Shown one piece after another: positions 53,319-64,000 of a stretch of 64,000 bases of DNA (the stretch's first letter is position 1; each line of letters opens with the position of its first letter). The notes under the pieces are model-generated. The model was not told the origin of the DNA and made no database searches. It worked only from the letters and a program-made list of their open reading frames with translations. Both the position numbers and the translations under genes were made by a program. The stretch is from Saccostrea cucullata (taxonomy: Eukaryota), in NCBI RefSeq assembly GCF_032062105.1, contig NW_026937967.1:372001-436000 (forward strand), written 5' to 3'.

Positions 53319-56193
53319 ATGATAAGTATTTTTAAAGAGTATTCTTTTGTAAAACGCATGACTATTTCCTTCGTTATGACATATCTTGTAGCAGCAATCG
53401 GTGCACAAATTTCTGGTACAGGTTTGTATATTTATTTGTTTGTCAGTAAATATATTTAATTTAACATTGTTCTAGAATATAATAATGTTGTGAATTCTGA
53501 AATATATTTAAAAGAAATACAAGTATTTAATACATTTCGTGTTCACTCGTATACGATAGCATATTCAAATATACTGTAAATGTATTATATTTAGGGTGTA
53601 CATGTACGATATTTGGCGGAAATTGATTTTGGAATAAGTTAGCGTAGATTTGATTTAGCGCATTTCTCCATATTCTTTATGTGTATATGTGCAAAACAAT
53701 TAGCTTTGTATTTAATATAGCAGTTGCTGCGTTCCGCCATAGCCGCTTAATAGAATACACTGCCAAACGTAATACGTTTACAGTATTAAACGATATTCAA
53801 GTTAATTAATATATGTTATGGTAAGAAGGGTAAATATTAAATGTTGGTGAGAAAAAGAAAACAAATATTAAGTCACTACCATAATATATATGTAGAAATT
53901 ATGTATAAAATTTGATTTTTTTTTAAAATTAATAATACGTTTATTCCTTATTTTCTAGACCCACCTAATTTACCACACAAAGTATTCTTACCTGAGAACT
54001 CGGAAACGGGACAAGTTGTGTACAAAATTAACGACATAATTGATTCTGAGAACCCGAGGAATAAACTTCAAGAATATGAATTTTACCCAGCAGATACCAG
54101 AAATATTTTCAAATACAACATTACAAGTAAGCACAATGCAACGAATAATTAATATGATAAATAAACATATATATTTATAATAATGCTTTAGCACTGTAAG
54201 GACGTCACTGGTTCAGATTTTTTTCTTAGCTATACAAGAACCCTATTTTCGATTCATGTGATGTTTTTTAGGCCTCTTTATTCTCATTTCTACGATATTA
54301 ACAGCCGTGTAGAAACTTCAAGAGAACTGTTCAACAATATATTCGAGGAGTGGTGTAAAAGCAGATTTTGATACTAGAAACTTCAATAGGACTTTTGGGA
54401 CATTTGAAATCACAATCATAGAAACTTTTCAAATTTATATACAACTATTCACTACGATGAATTAAAGTGAAGCGTGCCTGACATCATTCACAGCTGCTTT
54501 TTCATCAAAAATGAAACTCATAAATTTTCTTACCTTGTCATTGGTCATTTGCAAATTTAATTTGTTAAAAAGCATTCTGATAGTACACAAAACTACTATG
54601 AAGTTGAATTTATAAAGATTTTCGACATTCTGATAGACAATATCTATGTGTTTTAGGAGACCAGGTCTTCCAACAATCTACTGAAATTCCCATGGGTACG
54701 AATTAGGCTCCGTTTATAGCAGATCTATTTTTGTATCCGTATCAAGCTTAATTTCTTCAAATCTTTCACATGAGAAAAAGAGAACACTTGCAGTGACATT
54801 TGACACGACATTTAGATATATCTATGATATATCATATTGCAAATTAACAATGATTAATTCCATTCTTATGTCGATACGATATATCCCGGTGAACTTTAAA
54901 CAAAAGATATTCAGAGACTGATACATCTGTTTCATATTTAGATATATTTTCTCTAGAAAGAGACGTCAATGCTACTCCAACATCAATACTTAATGATAAC
55001 CGTGATTTTGAATAGTCAACTTCCTTATCTTATGCAGTAATTGCAATATACTATCATCACCTGCATACGGGACTTTCATCTCTCAGTTGAGCATACTCTA
55101 CGTATTAACAATTTCTAAAGCAAAATAATTCTTTGATAAACAAATTTCTGATACGAAAATATCAGTAGTCTCGTTTGAAGTCAAAGTTTCGTAAATTATA
55201 TGGTAGTTACAATGATCTTGTCAGTGAATACAATTTATCATTAAGTTATAGTCTGACTGACGTGTTTCATACACTGAATTGTTCTTTTTTTTCGCTGTTT
55301 CTCGATTATGAACAGGAGCACACAGCGGATTTGACCGGTTGGCAGGCAGTAATTACTCCTCTCCGACACCTGGTGCAACATCTGATGTTTTGGAGGTCCA
55401 TATAGCTTGGCTTCGATTTTTTTTATTGTTATAATGGCTTTTTGAAATTGAATGATGTACGTTATCTCCATATACCAGGTATTTCATCAAATATAGTATG
55501 TTACTGTCCCCTGTAGTTTTATGTAAGTTTGAACCGTTTAATCACCCGTCTTGTTCTTCCGTATATCAACCCCTTTAATGCACTTAGATTATAGATTCTT
55601 TTCATTTTGGCTTATTCACCTATTGAATAGTATGAAGAAGACTTATACCTATAACAATAATAATTTACAAATATTTATAGCTAAAGAAGTCTCCGTGATA
55701 AATGGAAGTTTGCTGAAATCTGAAGGTCTTCATAAGTCATACCTGATTCTTTTCCGAGAAATATACAATCATTCCAAAGTCTATCCTTTAGTGATAGAAA
55801 TACTCGATGTAACTGAAGCAACAGATTTCAAACAGGGAATGTCCATATATAATGGTTGTTGTGATGACGTCAGAAGATTGTTCTGGATTGTGCCTGTTTC
55901 TTCTGCATTGGAATTTATCTTGTTAATTCTTGGATTCATAATATTACTAACCTGGTATGTTTAATGAGAAATCAGAATTTTTCTTAATTGAAACAATAAA
56001 AATCTTCTTTATAGCGTTGTTATTGATTGATTTAATAGTTTAATTTATAAATTTAGTAATTTATACATTTATTTATTTTTTACCTTTCATTTTTATTGAT
56101 ATTTTAATTATATATTTATTTATTAATTTACTTACTTTTTGTAGTGTCCTGCAGAAAGGAAAACAGAAGATGATAACACCTCTTGAGAAATAA
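53319..56193 (+). CDS. Single-cadherin-domain type-I membrane protein, copy 2, 197 aa (exons 53319-53421, 53959-54126, 55681-55954, 56145-56193)
   Basis: Paralogue of copy 1: MIS.. leader, NLPHKVFLPENSETGQVV, KEVSVINGSLL, GCCDDVRR, TM LFWIVPVSSALEFILLILGFIILLTC and tail VLQKGKQKMITPLEK*. Same exon sizes and phases. Confidence 0.85.
53574..53783. mobile_element. TA-CTGTA..TACAG-TA MITE in intron 1 of cadherin-like copy 2
   Basis: tactgtaaatgtatta / taatacgtttacagta. Confidence 0.7.
54180..55480 (+). mobile_element. Longest degenerate Penelope-like copy, in intron 2 of cadherin-like copy 2
   Basis: Remnants FSNLYTTIH (DFSTLYTTI-type), IPMGTN.AP.IADLFLY, FRYIYD and SSPAYG..ISQL, plus the shared 3' tail. 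Confidence 0.85.
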
Positions 56194-56824
56194 GATGTGT
56201 ACATACATCATGTGTATATTGTGAGTTCTTTGAATGAAGACGAAAACTATTTACAATTTCGATACTTCATCTGTTTCATGTGTCCATGTATTTTTCTCAA
56301 TCCAGGATTTGAGATTAGTTTTATCAGATTGCGCTATTCTTTGTGAATAATATTATCTATAGTAGATACATGCACGTACATGTAGCGGAGGTTAGTTTAG
56401 ATAGTCCACTGTTTTTCAAAAGTCTTCAATCTATTTTTTTTAAAGCAATTTGATTTATAAAATTTTGAATATATTTCAAAATGTTTAAATCATAATATTT
56501 TCAGATTATTTGGCACGAACGAATGAGTAACTCTGGGATATGATAAGTAGCATAACTTGGAATAATTTTTTGTCATATATTATTTAATGGGATCTGAACA
56601 TTTTTCTGAAAATATATTCCCCATGCATTGTGCAAAACAAAAAATGTAAATGTAATGCAATTATAATACAAATTAATCACGTAGTTAAACATAAAGAAAT
56701 ATGTTATATTATAAGAATAGTGCATATAGGTATCTATAGAGTCTGACATATTTTCAGAATTGTACCTTATTGAATGAAAGTAATAAGAAATGAGTATATG
56801 TTTAACTGTTAAAACATGTCATTA

Positions 56825-57017
56825 CTGTATACAGGATTATTTTCGCCCCGTGTTATTTTCGCCCTTTCACATCTGAAAACAAGTTTGCCCCGTTTTAAAT
56901 TCGCCCCAAAAGATTTTTCTTTAAGATATTATACAGTTTACTTTGAATTCGCCCCGTTTAAAATTCGCCCACGCCAGACTAGGACGAACGGGGCGGCGAA
57001 AATTTCACTGTATACAG
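56825..57017. mobile_element. TA-CTGTA MITE with internal ttcgccc repeats
   Basis: tactgtatacagg..ttttcgcc / ggcgaaaatttcactgtatacagta. Confidence 0.8.
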
Positions 57018-57811
57018 TATTTATTCAAAAGTTTCTATATTCACTTTCTTTAACTTGAGACAGCTGATTAAGCAATGATAAATCTCTTATTTTCTCTTCA
57101 TCAGATATGTTGATTATATATTTACATGTATTTCAAATGACTAAAAAAAAATAGTGTTTTTATTTCAAACATGTGAATTATTTTGAGCAAATACAACATT
57201 TTAAATATTTCCATCGCTCTCCTTTTTTACACAAAATCACCATTTGTATTTTCTTTTTCTTAAAATTTTAGAATTTTATAGGAAAAAAGATGTTTTTTAA
57301 AAGGTTATCACCCTTTCAACTGCTTTCATTGAACGTCTTTAAACATGTAATTCGTTAGAAGGGATCTTAAACCAGCGTTACATTTATATAAAATAAATTA
57401 GAAAAGCTATCGGAATTTTATTGATTTTTATCGCCTAACCGATAACCACATGCTCGACGACATTTGGAAAGAGGACCCAACAGTAGGTAAAACTTTGATA
57501 TAGAAAGATATAAGGTATTGGGCATATGCATAAAACGCTTTGAAAACAACTTAAAATGATCCGAAAGCTCTCGGAATGGACTACTCAAAAATTATATTAG
57601 ACAAAGCTTTAGGAGAGTCAGACAGTCAGAAGGTGGCTTGAGAAGTTTTATGTATTAGCAATAAAGAAGTTAAAGGAAAGTTCACAATAAAAGTATGACA
57701 AAAAAAAGGCAAGTACAGGCAAGTATCCTAGATTCTGGGTGTCGTAAATCTGAACGAAGGCTGAGACAACCGGTTCTAATTTATCTGTAGGATCCTAGGC
57801 ATTGTAAGAAG

Positions 57812-58402
57812 GATATGGAGATAACGAACAGTATTCAATATCAAATTCCATAAAACAATACAAAATAATAGCAGACCAAACACGGACCTCTGAAACATCA
57901 GAGATGGGATCAGGTGCCATGGAGGAGTGAGCATCCCTTGCTGACCGGTCACACCCTGCCGTATGCTCCTTGTCATGATCGGGAAAAACGGAAAAATCCG
58001 TCGTCAATTCAGTTTTCAAATAATGGACAAACAATTAGTATGAAAAACGTCAGCCAGCATTTGACTCAATGATAAATTGTATTTGCTGACAAGGTCATTG
58101 CATTGACCATAGAACTTACGAAATGATGATTTTAAACAAGACAGCTGATATTCTTGTCTCATCAACTTACTTGTCAATAATTTACCTCGTTTTAGAAATT
58201 GTTCATACGTAGAGCATGCTCTTTAGTATCAAATCAACTGAGATATATACACACCGTATGCAGGTGCTGAAGGTATGTTGCTGCATAAATAAGGGAATTT
58301 GACGATAGAAAAGTTAAAGTCATCACGTTTATCATATAGCTTGGTTGTTAGATTACCATGAACGTCTTTTTCAAGTAAAATATCCAAGTATGAAACAGAA
58401 GT
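57812..58402 (-). mobile_element. 5'-truncated Penelope-like copy
   Basis: Reverse-complement match to 1205-1760 across ~590 bp. Confidence 0.88.
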
Positions 58403-59435
58403 AGTGCCTTAACCAGTCCCTATCTTTAGAAAACGAGAAAATAATAATTGATTTTAGTACTGTGTGATTTATCGTCAGATGGAGCTGTCTTAATTATTCA
58501 TTTCATTAGCTCAGACAGAGTACATGTAGGAGGTATACCTATGTAAAGTTACCTTGTAAGAACTTGATCATACGTTTTACATAGGAAATATCTTTAAAAA
58601 TATTTTCTTGTGTAACTTAACCATTATAAGTCATGTAATACAGAAGCTTCCGTAGGTACATGTGTATTGTAGAATAAAATGTGTTTAAATTATGACCCCC
58701 AGGGACTTTTGGACACAATAGAGGATCATAGTTGTACATAAGAATATATACGAATCCTATGAATAAAATATTCTGCTTAAGAACAGCAAAGCCATGATTA
58801 ATCATGTTATTAAAGAAACATTCTATGGTATAGTAAATTCAAATTTGTTTAAATTCAGGTTTGACAGGGTGGGGTCACAATTAATTATCAGAATTATACA
58901 AAGAAATGTATGAGAGGGAAATATTTAAAATTCATTCTACTCAAGAACTATTGACATAAGTATCCTGGGATACATACATTTAGTTTTGTACTCTTTCCCC
59001 TGGTAAACTTTTCATTCCTGAATTGATTTCTGCTATTTCAATGCCAATGAGCTTAGGTCTCTTGTAAGAGTAATTCTTCTTTGTCCTTAGTGTTTTCAAG
59101 CTATGGTTACAGGTATAAATAACAACGACGTATATTCTTGATAATATAGTATTTTCAAGATCAGAGTACAAATTCTTAAATACAGTGCATCTTTCCGTAA
59201 CATTGGGCATACGAAGGGTTTCCTCAATAAAAGAAATTTTGGGATATGGGTTTTAAAATTAATAATTGCAGCCATAAACATTGTTAGGTACCTTTTTTAT
59301 CGTTTGTCCAATTTACACGTTTATTGAAGGTAAATATTTGTTATACTTGAATAAAGTATAATCCAACTCATCATCCAAGGTTAGGTACATTATTCCGTAT
59401 TCTGCTTCAAGAAACTAGACAGAGCCTTTCCTCTT

Positions 59436-59712
59436 GGAGTCAAAATGCTGACTGACGTTTTTCAAAACCAATTGTTAGACCATTTTACACTGTGACACAA
59501 ATTGTCGATAGACCGGATTTTCCCGTCAATTTCCGATCATGACAAAGAACACACAGCGCGCGGTTATGACCGGTCGGCAGGGGATGCTCACTACTCCATG
59601 ACAACTGATCCCACCTCTGATGTTTTGCATGTCTATGTTTACTCCGCTTCAATTGCATTGCTTTCGTGGATTTTTGAGCTTGAATACTGTATGTTATCTC
59701 CATATATTTCAT
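59436..59712 (+). mobile_element. Penelope-like 3' fragment
   Basis: gagtcaaaatgctgactgacg..tgaccggtcggcaggggatgctcac..ctgatcccacctctgatgtttt. Confidence 0.82.
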
Positions 59713-61000
59713 TGTAATTATCACATAAAAAATGGAGGGGGGGGGGGAGTATTTAACAATTACCAATGAAATCATTCCATTGCCAACCCTAATTTTTCGT
59801 CATTTTCACTGAACCACTTATTGTCATTCACTTCAAATACTGGTATGTGTTCAAGCTTTTTTTAACCAAGACGAGACAAAAATGACATCAGTTCAGAAAA
59901 ATCTCAGCAGGGGTATATTGTTATACATAAATAATCATGTCGCACTTGTATTGCCTGATCAGTGAAACATTAAAATTACCTATTTGTTGCATAATTAAAG
60001 AGACGGTTTCCACTCCTTATCTGAACTCTCAATTACTTAGCAATAAAAGTACAACATGAGATCAGATAAAGTTCAGAGGGCCTTCACAAAACACGAAAAT
60101 AGCATGTAACTAATCATTTCTCCTTGCTTTCACCTTTCATTTTGAATACTCGATATAAAAAGGAACAAGTAACAATTTTTTAACCTTTTTTCTACTTTAT
60201 GAATTAAAAAAAATTACATCCAATGAAGTAAAATTTCTTTAAGAATAAAGTTTTATTTCAAAGTTATTATCATTTACCAAAAAAATTTTATTAGATAACT
60301 TTAAAGCACTGCCCTTTAGCATTTTTTCTACACTTCCATGTGTAAATATATGACACTGCATACTATATACATGATATTAGTAACCGACAAAAGTCGTTAC
60401 ATGCATATTGCATTGTCATTCATTTCTCGGGAAAACACGTATAGAAGAAAACATTTTAGATGCTCCATTATGATCGTGTTCATTTAAAGCACCAGTTTGA
60501 TTATAAATACCATTTTTAAAAGTTATTATTATTTATCATATCATTTTAACAAAATATTTTACTTGAAATTGATATATGTGATTGTTATTTAATTTTGAGG
60601 AAACTTAAGTATTTAGAAAAATTATTTAAGATGCTTAATTCTGAAAATAAAAATTTAAAGCACTATATTTTAGCTTTATTAAACATGCAAATTTTTTAAA
60701 AGGACACTTTGCATAAATATTTATTGCTTAGAAACAACTAATCATGACTTGCAAGTTTCCGATGATTCCAATAATTGTCTTTGATACTCATACATCAAAA
60801 AGTATGTACTTTAATTTCCACAAAAAGAGTCTTTAGTGTGAAAGATGCATGGACTTTACAGCTAAATTTGCACGTTTAATGTTCCAATCAAGCACAGTAA
60901 TTGAAGTAATAACAGTAAAAAATCTACATATATATCATGAAATGCAGGTACACTTATAAGTCCGAGAGATGTAGGAGAAGAAACTGATTTTTACCCGAAT

Positions 61001-61589
61001 ATGTATTCAAGATATATCTCGGAGAATTCATTTGTGATTGGAATATTTTTAATTTTAACATATGCTGTTGGTAAGTTTATTATCAATCAATAGTAAAAAT
61101 CAGCGGTAAACAGTATTTTTGTTTTTCCAACTCTGTAAGTGATGTTGAGAAACTAAACAGACTGAATTTTGTTATTCTGGACAAAATAATAATTTCGTGA
61201 GGTGAATTTCAAACAAAAGTGACAGCTTTTAATGTTAACAATGTTTTATATGGAATTTAAACAGGCCCAATATCGTGTACTTCTGATTGTTGTGATGATG
61301 TCAGAACTATAATATGGCTAACTCCAGTTTGCTCTCTATTGGAACTTTTTGCCATGCTGATTTGTTGTGTCATTATAATAATTTGGTACGTATTTTTTGA
61401 AATAATATCTTAAATATATTTAAATATAAAATTTACCTCTTTAGTGGAATGAAGCAAATATTTTATCATGGATTAGGTAAAAAAAAAAAGAGTGTTGTAT
61501 TACATAAATTTGTTGATTTACTTATTTTTTTCAGCTTTGGCAAAAAATTTAATCGAACAGCAATCAATGCTTCAACCTCCGAGAAATGA
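61001..61589 (+). CDS. 81-aa membrane microprotein, paralogue lacking the cadherin ectodomain (exons 61001-61070, 61265-61385, 61535-61589)
   Basis: MYSRYISENSFVIGIFLILTYAV/GPISCTSDCCDDVRTIIWLTPVCSLLELFAMLICCVIIII/CFGKKFNRTAINASTSEK*. It has the same CCxDVR-W-P-E TM motif and the same phase-2 intron inside the post-TM Cys codon as copies 1 and 2. Splice sites are canonical. Confidence 0.8.
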
Positions 61590-63185
61590 CAACTACAAAG
61601 TGTTTACTTAGAATCAGATTTTATCTATTAACATTTCTTATTCGAAGGATGAATGCATTCAATAGACGTCAGTCACATATTAAATGACTGAAAGAGTTTG
61701 TTTGGAATATGTTTGGAAGCTGTATTTTTTCTGTCACAAGTAGAAGCAGGGCTTTCTAAATATTTGCATTTTTAAAAAAAAATACATGCCTAGTTCAATC
61801 TTTTTTGTTACACCTTGAAAAATGTCATCTTTTACATTTTCAAAACTTTCTAACGCCATAGATTTGAATTAATATGTACATGTTAAAACTTGTATGATAC
61901 ATGTAAAAAACTTAAATTATATTGTATTTTAATGGATGGAGACCAAAAACATTTGGAAAACATTAATCTTTTGTCTTTCAAGTCCTAACTAAATCTCTAT
62001 ATCTGGGACAATTTTCATTCGTAGTACTTCAGTTATAAATTTCTGGCAATTTTCAACATTTGCAACTGGGTGCACTTTCTAATTCTACTGAAAAGTGATT
62101 TTATAATGAGAAATTAAATAATTCTCGCAGATATTTGTCACACGAGTTGGTTTACAGTGCATCTATCAAACTAGGATGTGTATATACAAGCACACACTTA
62201 AATATTTTGACCAATATCATATCTTTGTTTTATTTTTTAAACTTAATTCAACAAATACTGGTGCTTGGAATTAAAACTTTAACTTTCATCTATTTCTAGA
62301 TGTTCCGCAGTGTATGTCAATACTGAAAATGTAAAACCTCGTACATTTTTTGATGTAGCAAGATCACAATATAGCCATTAACCGTAGATGTATTTTGTAT
62401 TATTATTATTTAGATCATTTGTTGTGGAATAAAAAAGTGTTTGAAGTGTTAATGTTGTGCATGAATAATTCTTTAGCAGTAAAGAACATATCATAAGCAG
62501 TAACTAAAATGGATTACATATGATGTAAGCGACTAAATTGATATCATATAAGATCGTAACTATAACCATTAAGACTAAATCTTATTATTATCACAGAGTT
62601 AGTAAAATACAAATTCATTGGACATTTTATCGCTTCCTAATTGACATGTACTCAATAAACCAACCTATCCAGTCAATGGCGGATCCAAATGATAGCTATT
62701 TATCAACAGTTATAAAATCGAATGAGTGTTCTGTCTTGAAACTTATGAAACGTATTTACGAGAGTGAACCTACATGTTTTTCAAAACATTAAAAACGACT
62801 TGGCAGAGGCTGTTTAAATGCTTTTATTTCTAAGATTTGATGGGTGATAACCTTATTTTCTCGTTATGAAAGCACCCACTTTTGGTTTAACGGTATATAT
62901 AAAAAATAAATAAATTTTGAGCTTGACTCTCCTTATTTGTATTTTCAATTAATTCGTTCAATATAATGTATCGATAAAAGACCTGAAATACGTATTTATC
63001 CGGATGCATAAAGTTTTTATCCGTTGTTTAATGGAAAATAAACGAGGTGCACAAGAATTTTAACGGTTTGATTATTGATGTTGTCGTAAATTATATAAGT
63101 ATACATGCATGTTTTCAATATTACATTTAAAATGCTCCATCTCTTTTAAACTCATATTTGAGAGAGAAGGGGTAAGATAACAAAT

Positions 63186-63255
63186 ATGTATTTTTGTTTT
63201 TCTATGGCAATTTTAATATCCTTTGGAATATTATTTCTTTCAACGTCAGGGAATG
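63186..63255 (+). CDS. Probable signal-peptide exon of a further family member (rest beyond the window)
   Basis: MYFCFSMAILISFGILFLSTSGN followed by a phase-1 GTAAGT donor. It is 70 nt, the same size and phase as exon 1 of the 61001 gene, and also starts with MY. Confidence 0.55.
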
Positions 63256-63619
63256 GTAAGTTACCTTTATATGGTTGTAAAATTTGCAATGAACTCACAT
63301 TACAAAAGAAATATACAAAAAAATATGACACGCACAGCTTTCCAAATTTAGGTTAACGAGTTTTTTTTTCTCATCTGAAAGTAAAAGGGAAATAAAAAGT
63401 TTCAAAAAATATAAGATTTTTTAAAAATTAAAATCGCATTTCATGGATTTAAAAGAAAAGGCAATTATTGTATGATATCGATAAATTTGTTTGTTTTTGC
63501 GTTTACTTGCTTGATTTACAGTTAACTAAAAATTGAAATTAATGGACTTTTTATATCATTTACAATGCAATAAATGAATAACGAACATTTGTCCCAAATG
63601 TCAATTTAAACGATACACA

Positions 63620-63870
63620 TTAGGAGCACAGAAAATACGGACCTCTTTGACAACATCAAAGGTGAGGTGGGATCAGATTTCAAAGAGAGGTAAACATCCC
63701 CTGTTGACTAGTCACATTCTGTTTACTACTTTATATGATTGAGCAAACGTAGAAATACGTACACAAGGCCTTTTTAGAACGAAAAATTGTCAGTCAGCAT
63801 TTGACTTAAAAAAATGAAATATTGAATGTGCTGAAAAAGTCATAGCATCAATTATAGAACCTATGATGCC
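63620..63870 (-). mobile_element. Decayed Penelope-like 3' fragment
   Basis: acggacctc..ggtgggatcag..catcccctgttgactagtcac..gtcagtcagcatttgact. Confidence 0.7.
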
Positions 63871-64000
63871 TTAAATGAAATAAAATGAAATTTAATAAAG
63901 TTTTTGTTTATATTGTTTCATCATTTTTTTCAATATTTTAAATTATTTTAGAATACATTTTAAATATTCAAATTAAGTAGATCATTTCTTGAGTGTCGAA

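Noticed and set aside
58980-59430. Minus-strand ORFs possibly from a transposon protein
   Set aside because: Short, and I recognise no motif.
48892-61589. ITAM/ITIM or catenin-binding motifs in the tails of the membrane-protein family
   Set aside because: The tails are only about 15-18 aa and lack Tyr, so the adaptor analogy applies only to the membrane region.

Overview
AT-rich, intron-containing animal genomic DNA; the repeat content and gene families point to a bivalve, most likely an oyster. I reconstructed the spliced genes by hand from GT-AG sites and exon phases. They are: a SOGA/MTCL1-like coiled-coil gene (minus, runs off the left edge), a TRIM gene (RING-Bbox-Bbox-coiled coil-filamin-like plus a divergent PRY/SPRY-like C-terminus), a DsbA/FrnE-type CPWC oxidoreductase, a 13-exon guanine deaminase and an uncharacterised beta-rich, probably secreted protein. 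The most novel feature is a tandem family of small type-I membrane proteins at 47.3-63.3 kb, of which the ORF track shows only fragments. Two members are 197-aa single-cadherin-domain proteins with identical exon sizes. A third is an 81-aa paralogue with no ectodomain that keeps the CCxDVR motif and the Pro/Glu-containing TM helix. The first exon of a probable fourth copy lies at the right edge. Non-coding DNA holds about 10 mostly 5'-truncated Penelope-like retroelement copies with a conserved, self-complementary 3' module, many MITEs (some nested, with clean TSDs), HINE-type elements, and a strong excess of TACATGTA that behaves like a Tc1-type excision footprint. All coordinates were read by eye and no database searches were run.
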